From Lingula anatina (lineage: Eukaryota > Animalia > Brachiopoda): a stretch of 64,000 nt of DNA. The stretch is taken from contig CM120646.1 in NCBI GenBank assembly GCA_051362555.1, forward strand, positions 15,066,001-15,130,000. Reading direction: 5' to 3'. A program made the position numbers and the translations under genes. This document shows, in pieces, positions 1 through 10,070 of the stretch (position 1 is the stretch's first letter; the number at the start of each line of letters is the position of its first letter). The notes under the pieces are model-generated. The model saw only the letters and a program-made list of their open reading frames with translations, ran no database searches and had not been told where the DNA came from.

Positions 1-774
1 GACAAATAAAACATCTCACTGACAAGATCTTCCCAAAAAGACAAAAAGAGAATTCAGGTGAGCTGACAGGTAATTAAGACTAGCTCAAAGTACTAATAAT
101 TGACATTATTATGCAATACTCAGTTGGTAAAACGATTCTCACAGGTAGATAACATGTAACATGACCAATTTCTATAGGCTAATGATTGCCAGCCTGAGGA
201 AATTGATTGCCAGTCTCTTTTGTCAGTGATTTTTAACTCAGATAAGAGGCTGTCAGAATGTCACCTTTGTCTTGGCATTTGTCACTGATTAGCGTGTAAA
301 AGGTATATCAGTGTGATCATGTGTGTGGAATTTCATGCCAGATGGACATATAAAGATCTAAAAATTCGTCAATATATTGAAAAAAAGATACAGCTGTGCA
401 CAGCAGTCGGAGATCGGTACATTCCACTTGTTAGTTACGAACTACTTCCTGGTTTTCACAAGGTCCTTCAAGACCTCTAAAACTTCGTTCTAATTGCAGC
501 TCATACACCCCAAAAATACTTAGATATGGACATATCGGATTATATTAATGCCAAATTTCCACATGACAACGATTTATAGACTCCCGGGAATTATTTCCCC
601 TTTACGCTTTTTGTCGCGCTGGCGGTCGACGCAGCATTTATTTCTAAACAAGTTGACCGCAAATTAAGCACGATTTTGCACCTTCAAGTTCCGTGTCACG
701 TTTTCATATCATGCATTTATTATTTCTACAAGTTTTCTCTGCCCAAAATGCGAAAAAAAAGAGAGTTATCTTAC

Positions 775-860
775 CATGTTGTTTAGAAAACTTCTTTTTC
801 CTCCGACAACCCGTCTTCACTGCCGTTCACCTCTATGTTAAAATGACCACTCAGCTTCGT
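775..860 (-). other. Putative first exon of an unidentified gene running off the left edge (5'UTR ending in ATG|GTAAG)
   Basis: Minus strand reads ...TTCTAAACAAC-ATG|GTAAGAT (ATG 777-775, strong donor). CpG-richer segment with an ETS/CRE motif just upstream. 5' end approximate; no further coding exon recognised. Confidence 0.45.
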
Positions 861-874
861 TTCTAACACCACTG

Positions 875-888
875 CACGTCACTTCCGG
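875..888. promoter_or_regulatory. Composite ETS-CRE promoter element (CCGGAAGTGACGTG)
   Basis: CACGTCACTTCCGG at 875-888 matches the overlapping ETS/CRE motif of housekeeping and bidirectional promoters; about 100 bp upstream of the ATG|GT exon. Confidence 0.55.
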
Positions 889-1217
889 CACAATTCTGAC
901 CAATGCTGATCTTCTCCGGTTCCCTTTATTGCATGTAAACCCCTGCTTGTTACCCACAATTGAGAAACACTGCCAGTTTTGATTAGTTTAAAAACAAGTT
1001 TTTTCCTGAAGACAAACTAAAACAGATTTAGTCATGAACTCAAAAGAATTATGGATCATATTCTGTAGAGGACGCCTCACAGGTACCAGTATGGTTCACC
1101 TTGGTACTGCACAAGAAAAGTATTGTTTTACCTCTACACCAACTTGTAGCAGGTAAAATATCCTTAACCTTGAGCTAACAAATGATGTGCGCCATTTTCC
1201 ATTTTAAGATGATTTTG

Positions 1218-1263
<46 letters not shown>
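1218..1263. repeat. (ATT)n microsatellite
   Basis: Direct read. Confidence 0.9.
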
Positions 1264-2576
1264 GTCTAATATTTCTTTCTTTCTTTATCATTTTGATAAT
1301 CAATATTGAAGTGACTGAAGCAACCATGTAGCAAAAAAACTGTTTTCCAAAGACTTTTTACGTCATTGCTTAAGTAAACAAGATGGTAGAAACAAAGCAA
1401 AAAATAATTTCAATAAGTGATGAACTTCCAATGCTATTAGCCTCTGTGGACTGACTTGGTTTCCAGTAGGACAGCTTCAGGGAATTCTCAATACTTGCCT
1501 TTCTCTGGAAACCAATTAGTCTACCCACAGGGGAGCAAGCCTTCCACAGTTGAATAGAGAACACAGTGAAAAAGCAGGAGGGGGGGGGTTCAACTCCTTC
1601 AAACTACTGTCATATGTGACTTGATGTCTATTCATGTAAAACTACTTGTGGTAAAAATGGCATCTGTTCGTGTTTTTCTGAATTTAATTTTAATTTTGCC
1701 ATTATCTTAATTCCATGTTTGCCCAGAATTCCCTCAATCCCCACATTTTTATCGATTTTCACTCAATGAAATAGCATAACTAGGGACTTGCCAACATCAT
1801 GTATTCTAGGTGAGTAATTCACTCAACTTGTGATAAATAAGCAAAAAATTAAATAAAATATGACCAAAAAAAAAAATCCATCCATAAAAAATTTGCAAGA
1901 ACAAAAATGTGCTATGAGAAGCATTACATAAAAAATACATACAGGCTAGCAATATCGCATTAAAGGAAATTGGGCTTAAAATTGGCTATAGTTCATGAAA
2001 AAAATAACTCCTTTCACAAAAAATTCAAGGCTAGGCTAAAATGTTCTAGATATTTTGATGGATCAACTGCATGGTAAAAGGGCACTGCATCTAGCTAGAA
2101 TTCAAATTCAGTTGTGATTTATGTGTTTAATAAATCTAAATCAATTAAATAATAATAATAATAATAATAATAATTTTAAATTACTAAGTTCCAAATGATA
2201 TAATGCAACAAACTAAAACATCGCGAACAGATCAAGTACTACATGAATGCATGCTTCATTCATGAATGTGTCGTGTGCCAGTGTGCCTGCATGCACATAC
2301 ATGTTTGCAACAAAGGCGAAAACCTCATCAGGAGTAAATGGTTACAGCAATCCACATATTAATACCTTAACACTTCTCTGAAAGAGATGTGCCACTAAAT
2401 TAACTCTTGATAGAGACGTAGGAGGAAGGTCCAAGTTAATTGCATCAATCACACGGCCCAGTTGGAGAGACTGGAAATTGAATAATTATCCTAATTACAG
2501 TGACATTAACATTAGCCATCTGTCTTGTGGTGTAACAACGTAGGCGTTCTGATGGGGGATATGGGGGTGTGCAACT

Positions 2577-2667
2577 GAGATCAGAGAACCTGAGACAGGG
2601 TGACTAGGGAGAGAACAATTTCATAAATCATGATAGTTGACCTTGTATTACAAAAGCTCATCATCTC
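2577..2667 (-). ncRNA. Candidate box C/D snoRNA (orphan)
   Basis: Minus strand: ATGATGA (box C, 2664-2658) ... CTGA (box D, 2584-2581), about 90 nt, with a short terminal stem (GAGA/TCTC or CTGTGG/TCTCAG). No clear rRNA target. Confidence 0.25.
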
Positions 2668-2728
2668 CACAGATGGAAGCCTTTTGGAATGACAGTCATG
2701 ACTTGTGACAAATATGCACACAATCATG

Positions 2729-2743
2729 CACACACACGCACAA

Positions 2744-2783
<40 letters not shown>

Positions 2784-2794
2784 GCACACACACA
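2729..2794. repeat. (CA)n microsatellite
   Basis: Direct read; explains the VCVCVC ORF 2581..2841. Confidence 0.9.
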
Positions 2795-3896
2795 CTTAGC
2801 CCAAGCAATTGCCGGTAATCCAGCCTCGGCTCAAACCCCACTTCCCCTTGGCATCTACATCACTGGTGATTCCATTTGCTTTACTAAAAACCCTGAATGG
2901 TTGTATAAAAGCATAATATGAAAAATATATGAAAAATGTACACCTACATAAAGAAGCAAAATTAATTTGAATGAAAAATGATTATTATCTTAATGCAACT
3001 AATATATCCCACGTCTTAACCTGTACAGCCAAAGCCATAAAAAACTATGAAAGAGATCAGTACAAAATGGAATTACACCTTCTGATCAACTCTCTTTTAA
3101 CTTTCAGTAAATATGCTAATAGTTCAATACTCCTACTCACTTACCTAAAATTGTCAGGTGTGTAATGAAGAAAATCTTAAGTTCAAAAAGGCCAAAAATG
3201 TAACATTAAGTAGGTAAGTAAAACCTACTTGGTGCTTCCTGTCTAAGCCAATCCTGTGTTCAAGTGTGCACTTATATATAGACGTTCCATACACCGCAAG
3301 TACAAGCCCGTAATAGCTACTACAATTCAGTGCTCATTCACTGTTTACAATCCTTTCATACTTGATATATTTAGGACCAGACATAGGCAAACAAAGTATA
3401 TAAAGTCGTTTCCCTGCTGTATGTTTACTCAAATCACACATTTTCTGTGTAGCCAGCCACCTTTGTGCTTTGTGAAAGGGAAAATGCTTCACATTGCAGC
3501 TTCTCATATTTCACATAGCATCAAGTTGTGAAGCCAGGCCGGGAGCGGTTCAAGAATCTTGGCTCGTGTTCTGTCAGTGAGTGCAGATATTGAGTAGAAC
3601 AAAAAAACCTAATTAGCGTGCTAAGTTCAATTTTTCTGAAACCTTCACATTGCATTCTTCATATAATCACATTCCAAAAGCTGTTAACCCAATAACCTGA
3701 ATCAGCCTCCAGCCATCAGGTGATGTTTGTATAACCAGTGCAGTAATGGTTGGATATTGGAAGCCAAGTCTGCATAACAATGGGAGCCACATCAACCAGA
3801 CACAGTGTGTCCTTTGTCATTTACAGAGTTTAACTCGTTAAACTTTACATAACAACAGCTTCTTTCGGTGAATTCACACAGTTGACTAAAGGAGGG

Positions 3897-6280
3897 ATAA
3901 TAATAATAATAATAATAATAAGATTCTTATATGGCGCCTTACATTCTATCTCAAGGCGCCTTACAATAATGGCTAATATACTAAAATCATTAAAATGACT
4001 ACAATATTTTAATCATAAACTCTCATTGGAAACCATTTAAAATTTACACTACTAAAAATCAATCCTATTAAAAAAAAAAAAAAAAAAAAAAAAAACATAT
4101 ATATATTAAAACAAAATCTAAGAGATATAGACAGAATTAAAAAAGTGGGTCTTTAAAAGAGATTTAAAATTGTCAAAGTCTTCTGTTTTCCTAATAAAAT
4201 TTGGTAGACCATTCCACACTCTTGGGGCGTAGATTATAAAAGCACGATCTCCATAACTTTTTAGGCACCCCTTCTCTAAAACAGAATGTTCTAAAATAAA
4301 ATCATTCTCAGTATTAAAACGTGTGGACCGCCGTGGTAAGTTAAAACAGATAAGATCAGATAAATATAATGGTCCTTGTGAATGGATCGCCTTAAAAATA
4401 ATACAGAGTACTTTAAAATCAATCCTCTGCTTCACAGGCAGCCAGTGTAATTCTTTCAGAATGGGAGTGATATGGTGTGTACTATTGTACTTAATTTGAC
4501 AAACCAGTCTTGCAGCTGAGTTTTGAATAACTTGTAACTTTTTAATCTGATAGTCACAAATACCAAAGAGGAGACTATTGCAGTAATCTAATCTTGATGA
4601 TATAAATGCATGTACTAATTTTTCAGTGGTTTTGTTATCTAACACTTTCCTTATTTTTCCAATGCGCCATAGTGCATAAGATGCTGATTTACACACTTCA
4701 GATACACGCTTGCCCATAGTGCCATTTTCATCGAGGGTAACTCCCAGATCTTTTACAGAACTAGATGGTTTTATAAGAACATCTCCTATGCAAATGTTGG
4801 CATTTGCTACATTTTTTCTATTTGCCTTGAACCTTGATGTAAACCATATCAACTCAGTCTTACTATCATTTAAAGCCAACATGTTCACTTTCATCCATTC
4901 TCGAATCTCTGCAAGACAAGTCTCCATAGAAGTGATTGTTGCAGACTGGCTGCTCTTGCATGTAATATATACTTGTGTGTCATCTGCAAAAATAACAGTG
5001 TTCAGACCATGCTTTAGTATGATATCTTCTACAGGTAACATGTATAATGAGAATAGGATCGGACCTAAAACAGACCCTTGTGGGACACCGTACTCCAAGT
5101 TAACTGGCTGAGATAAAACCGACTCTATTGAAACCCTTTGTGTTCTGTTTTTCAGGTAAGAGGTAAACCAACTAAGTGCAAGTCCATTCACTCTAAAACG
5201 ATGCTGCAACCTGTGAAGAAGAATATTATGATCTATGGTATCGAAAGCCGCTGAAAGGTCTAGAAGAACTAAAATGACATCTCTTTGTTTATCCAGGGCA
5301 AGCATTATGTCGTTGTGGACTCGAAGTAGAGCTGTCTCAGTGCTGTGGCCTTCTCTATAGGCAGACTGGAATTTCCCAAAGAGTTTATTTTCAGATAGAT
5401 AGCTGCTTAGTTGGGAACATGCCATTTTTTCAAGAAATTTACCTAAAAAGGGTAGATTTGATATTGGTCTATAGTTTTTCAGGACATTTTTACACAGCCC
5501 TTGCTTTTTAAGTAATGGTCTAACAATTGCAGTTTTGCAGTTTGATGGAAAGATACCTGTTGAGAAAGACAGATTTACTAATCTCAAGAGAACTGGAGAT
5601 AACACACTAATACACTCTTTCACTATATATGTTGGCATGGGATCCAGAGCACAAAACTTAGAATTCATCCCCTTTATAACAGAGATAATATCCTTCTCTG
5701 AGCCCGGTAGGAAATTGCTCAGTTGGGCCCCACCACCCTGACTGGCACACCTGTCTTGAAATTCACTTGGTAATGGATCTGATTCTGAGGATCCTGTGGT
5801 AGCATTTTGAGTTAAGTCCTTACGAATATCCTTGATCCGGTTTGTGAAGAAATCTGCAAAAACTTGAGGAAGTGTTGACATTTCCATGTCAGGAAGCACA
5901 CTTAGCTGGCTTGACTTAGATTCTGAAATCTTGTCCACAATCCTAAAGAGTTCCCTTTGATCAGCACCTTCAATACAGGTCCGATGGTATACAGTTTTTT
6001 GCTTTTCAAGGAGGGTGTGATAGTTAGCTCTGGCAGTTTTGAATAATTCCCGGTGTATTTCCAATTTTGAGTTGCACCACTGACGTTCAAGCTTCCTGAT
6101 CTTTTTCCTTTCTTCGCTGAGTTCAGATGTAAACCATTCAGCCCTCTGTTTCACCAACTTGACTCTGGTCTGCATTGGTGCAATATCTTCCATGATCTTG
6201 GATATAGACGTATTATACAGATCTACTAAGGTACTTGGATCTGTGGTCTGTTCTGGGATGGCGATATATAGAGTCTGAGA
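3897..6280 (-). mobile_element. 5'-truncated non-LTR retrotransposon, L2/CR1 superclade (L2/Crack/Daphne-like)
   Basis: RT ORF at 4118-6193. 3' end on minus reads GTAAGGCGCCTTGAGATAGAATGTAAAGGCGCCATATAAG followed by an (ATT)n tail (3897-3920), i.e. stem-loop plus microsatellite tail typical of L2. The frame stays open upstream to about 6280 (LVDLYNTSISKIMEDIAP) and then stops; the endonuclease is absent. Confidence 0.9.
4118..6193 (-). CDS. Reverse transcriptase (ORF2 C-terminal part) of an L2/CR1-type LINE
   Basis: Motifs NYRPISNLPFL, QSAYREGHSTETAL, LLDLSAAFDTIDH, GVPQGSVLGP, FADD, SRLDYCNSLL, LHWLPV; uninterrupted 691 aa. Confidence 0.92.
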   Translation of the reverse strand: MEDIAPMQTRVKLVKQRAEWFTSELSEERKKIRKLERQWCNSKLEIHRELFKTARANYHTLLEKQKTVYHRTCIEGADQRELFRIVDKISESKSSQLSVLPDMEMSTLPQVFADFFTNRIKDIRKDLTQNATTGSSESDPLPSEFQDRCASQGGGAQLSNFLPGSEKDIISVIKGMNSKFCALDPMPTYIVKECISVLSPVLLRLVNLSFSTGIFPSNCKTAIVRPLLKKQGLCKNVLKNYRPISNLPFLGKFLEKMACSQLSSYLSENKLFGKFQSAYREGHSTETALLRVHNDIMLALDKQRDVILVLLDLSAAFDTIDHNILLHRLQHRFRVNGLALSWFTSYLKNRTQRVSIESVLSQPVNLEYGVPQGSVLGPILFSLYMLPVEDIILKHGLNTVIFADDTQVYITCKSSQSATITSMETCLAEIREWMKVNMLALNDSKTELIWFTSRFKANRKNVANANICIGDVLIKPSSSVKDLGVTLDENGTMGKRVSEVCKSASYALWRIGKIRKVLDNKTTEKLVHAFISSRLDYCNSLLFGICDYQIKKLQVIQNSAARLVCQIKYNSTHHITPILKELHWLPVKQRIDFKVLCIIFKAIHSQGPLYLSDLICFNLPRRSTRFNTENDFILEHSVLEKGCLKSYGDRAFIIYAPRVWNGLPNFIRKTEDFDNFKSLLKTHFFNSVYIS

Positions 6281-7360
6281 GATTAATCAAACATGGATCA
6301 TTACATTCTATTCACTAAAATCGAAACTGGTGAATTCAGAACATTAGCTATCTGGGGACGTGCAGACAATCGACTCGACAGGATATATTTTCAATGCCTG
6401 AACATTAAACTGAAAATGAAAAATTAAGAAAAAAATTACCATTCCATCTTTCAAATATTGATGGTAGATAACACACAGCCTTTACAGCACCTTACATCTC
6501 ATTACACCTTCACATTGCACAGATACACGGTACTCACGTTTCACATGACGAGGACTTGTGAATCCAGACATAAACAGACTGTGACCTGAAATATATACTG
6601 CCAGGCTATAAACTGCATTATACATAAAACGGAAATACAAGATAACATTTAGATGAGCAATTTACCTCTGATTTAGCCCTAACCTAAAATGCTTTCACAT
6701 TGCACACTCTATCACGTTTCACATGGCGTCTGTTCGTGAAACCAGACATGACTCAACTCAGCTGGGGGCAGATTACAGCTTAAAATAGCTGCTTTCATAA
6801 CAACCACTGCAAACATTGCAATGGAAACAAGCCATTGCATCACCATGATGGCAATTAACTTTATGAATAGTGCTTACGTATATGGCAGAATGGCTTCACA
6901 TACCGGCTGCACAGTTATATGTAACTGCATTTTTCAAGTCTAATTCAGTTGACTAGTTGCTAAATGAAATAAATCGTACACATCAAATTGATGAAAACAC
7001 ATAAAATACAAATTCAGCCCTGCACACAGTAATTTCCAAGGATCTTTTTTTAGCATAAACCATAGACCAAATTTTGATTCTTATTGGACCTTATCTGCCA
7101 AAGTTTGTTCGACCCCCACTCCCCCCTGCACCCATTTACCTGTAATACAGCACATCTATATATGCTTGTGATGTTATCTTAAATTCATCATCTAAATTTG
7201 CAAAAAAGAGATTATAACATTAGTCATTTCCTGTGCATGGTATTTTTACACTAAAGTGAATTTATAAATCATCTGGATTTTGAGTTACATGTTTATTCTA
7301 ATGATGAATCAAATATATATATATATAGTCATGTCTTGCATGTTCTGGTCAAAGTCCAAG

Positions 7361-7577
7361 TTTCCATAAACTTTTCGTACTAGCAGGATCAATCTAACTC
7401 CAATGGGATTCTCACTAAATTGCATTCAGTTTAAGCAGCTTAAATGTCTGTCATGCCCACTGAAGCTGCTAGGTGGGTAATTAACTTTCACGCACACTTT
7501 AATGAATGAATTTTAGAGAGAATCTCCTTAGAGATAGATCGATCCTGCTAGTAACATAGTATTATGGGAATGGTCCC
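7361..7577. mobile_element. Diverged MITE, same family as 13938-14152 and 45964-46188
   Basis: TTTCCATAA...TTATGGGAAT ends; internal TACTAGCAGGATC/GATCCTGCTAGTA inverted repeat; shares TCTCACTAAAT/AGATCGATC cores. Confidence 0.5.
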
Positions 7578-9978
7578 TTAAATAATGTTCTGCGATCCAT
7601 GAGACAAGTTAACTACTAATTTTCAACCTGGCATTCTTTTTCACAGAGACCAAATATAAGCTGGTATCTTGCTCATGCCCTGTTCACCAACCTATTAGTT
7701 ATTTGTGAGAGACGAAAAAAAAAAAAAAGGCACATCATCATCAGTCTGTTATTTGTGTAATCTGGAAAAGAGTCAAAAGTTCAGCTGTGCTGATAACAAA
7801 TGCTGTTGTCTTAATAAAATTAATTTAGTGGGTAGGGTTCTTTACTGCCAAATAATCGCTACTGGGATGCTTTGTAGTTTGACAGTAAGGTTACTAAGCA
7901 ATCTTAAAGCTCCCACCTTCTCCACCCCCACATTTTTTAAAATCTCAGATCAATGATAAATTTGGCAACAAGTATCAGTCTTTTTTTTATCGGCTAAAAT
8001 TAATTATCTGATGTAGTTGGTAAAAAAGCCATATTTTATATCAGAGAGGGTCATGCTTTGTATATCATGTGAGAATGATGTCTATCAATGATTATTAGTC
8101 ATAAATAAAAAACATTCAATATCTACCATTCTATTTTTAAAATAATATTAATATCTATATGCTTATTCAGTTATTAACTTTTTTATTATGTTTTATTTAG
8201 CTTTATCATTTCATTTTATAGTCTATTACAAATATTACAATAACAGCCTTGTTACTAAAGCAACCCTTCAGATACTGTAAGTAACATCAAGTGTCAGCAT
8301 TTCTTACTGCTTGCAAGCAAGGGTGGAAAGTCCACCCTTTAACTGCATTGCGCACAGTGCCAGTTTAGTCAGGAAACTTGTCAGCAGCATCTCTAGTCAT
8401 AGACTAAAAATACTTCCAAGATTTTCAAAATTACAGAGTTCTCAAAATATATAAACCCTGTTGTTTATCATGTTGTCAATAACTAAAAAGATGTCAGAAA
8501 ATAGCATGAACTGATGGCTTACAATGTGTTGTAAAATAAGCCTACTATAGTACATGCACAGATATCAGTCTACACCATTTTTCAATGTCACCTTGATTCA
8601 CATTTTGGCAGCTGCTTCACATATCAAGTATCATGAAACATGGCAAAGAGACATGGAAGTTCCAATTTTTCATTATTCTATTTCATTACAATATTTAAAA
8701 TTTTTTATAAGACATCTGATATTTCTGTAAACTACAGTTTCTGCATCTTCTTTCTGAATCATCAATACTGCTTACGTATAATTAAGGCCACATGAAAGGT
8801 CTGAAATCTGCAGTTCATTCTATTGCCTTACCTTTAAAAACATCAACCAAAAACTGCATAGAATACTATGCAGATAAAAAAAAAAAAAAAACATTCCAAA
8901 TGACTTCGGAGCTTGACTTGAATACTGAATTGGAACTGTAACCCAATTAGCTGTAATATAATGCAAGATACTTTGATAAAGAAAAAAATATGCTGGTAAC
9001 AGACCAAATCAATTGATAACACTGGGTATGCCTACTTAGAGACAGAGATACCTATCAAATGGCGCCATTAAAATGTGAAGCACTTAAATGTGACTCTGGT
9101 TTGTGAAGCACTGAAATGTGAAGAGTTTAGCTGTTGCCCCTGGCACCATTCTGATAAATTGATGTCTATTAAAGTCAGACAAAAACCCTGGTGTTTTTTA
9201 TTACTGCCAGGTTGGCATTTCCTATGCATTTCTTCACCACAGTGACTTTATACAATGGGTAAGGCAACCGATTTATGTGATAGATACAAAATCAGTCGCT
9301 GAGCTGCATGTGAAATATTATGAGTGTATTGTTGAGCCGCAGGCGAAGAGTGTTGCACCCGGCTTAAACCGCGGTCTCTGATTGGCTACTACACTAGTGA
9401 GTAACGGGAGTGCAACAGACTGTGGAACACACTCGTACATGGCGTGCTTGTATGTCGAATACAGCAAGGCTGAGCCGTGGTTTAAATTCTGATGTTTTCT
9501 TAAACAATTAGATTGTGAAAATAAATTTGCTTTTGTCTACATATGGGATAACAATGACACAAGATAACTTTATTCAAAAAGCAGAAAATATTTAAGTAAA
9601 ACTGGTAATTCTTTGAGAAAATTATAAAAGACATTAAGCAACCTTTGGTAACCTAAATTATTTTTAATTAACATCACATTTGCTGAAAGAGTGTCATGAC
9701 ATTCATTACTAAACGACACAAAAATGACACAAAAGACAAGCTTTCATTTAACCAATTATCAGAGTATCATTTAACTATTGTTTTGTATTAAGCAGTTATT
9801 ATATTGTTCTAAAGCAAGTTTCCAAAACACTGCATACATGTACAAAATATAAAATTGTCAACAGTTAGAATTCAGCAGAAGGTAGCAGTTTAGTCGAGTC
9901 AGCACTGTGCATGTCTTGTGTGTTTGCACGTTTGTGTGTGTGTGAGAGAGAAAGAAAGAGAGAAAGGAATCTACTCAC

Positions 9979-10070
9979 CTAGCACTGTCAAGACCACCTT
10001 CTTGGAGCTACTTTTTTAAACTTCAGTTTTTCCTTTATATACACCTTTTACCTCTTGCCATACAGCTACA
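9979..10070 (-). other. Candidate non-coding exon
   Basis: Acceptor TTTCAGTTTCTTACAG| and donor CTAG|GTGAGT on minus; no convincing ORF. Confidence 0.3.

Noticed and set aside
1158-1170. ATATCCTTAAC as a U12 donor/branch site
   Set aside because: Isolated motif with no supporting exon structure.
2315-2335. CTGATGAG (minus) as a hammerhead core
   Set aside because: No GAAA after stem II.
2581-2841. 86-aa ORF rich in VC repeats
   Set aside because: Translation of a (CA)n microsatellite.
4710-6090. ORFs 4710..5111, 5535..5741 and 5902..6090
   Set aside because: Antisense or off-frame shadows of the LINE RT.
3488-6830. CRISPR-like reading of the repeated motif array
   Set aside because: Eukaryotic context, short degenerate repeats, irregular spacing of 160-200 nt and no cas genes.
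3488-6830. H/ACA snoRNA, hammerhead/twister ribozyme or pre-miRNA identity for the units
   Set aside because: No H box or pocket geometry, no CUGANGA/GAAA core, stems too short for pre-miRNAs, and no match to miRNAs I recognise.
8321-8337. GGAAAGTCC as an RNase P/MRP signature
   Set aside because: Only a small local hairpin (GGGTGGA-AAG-TCCACCC); no partner P4 strand found.
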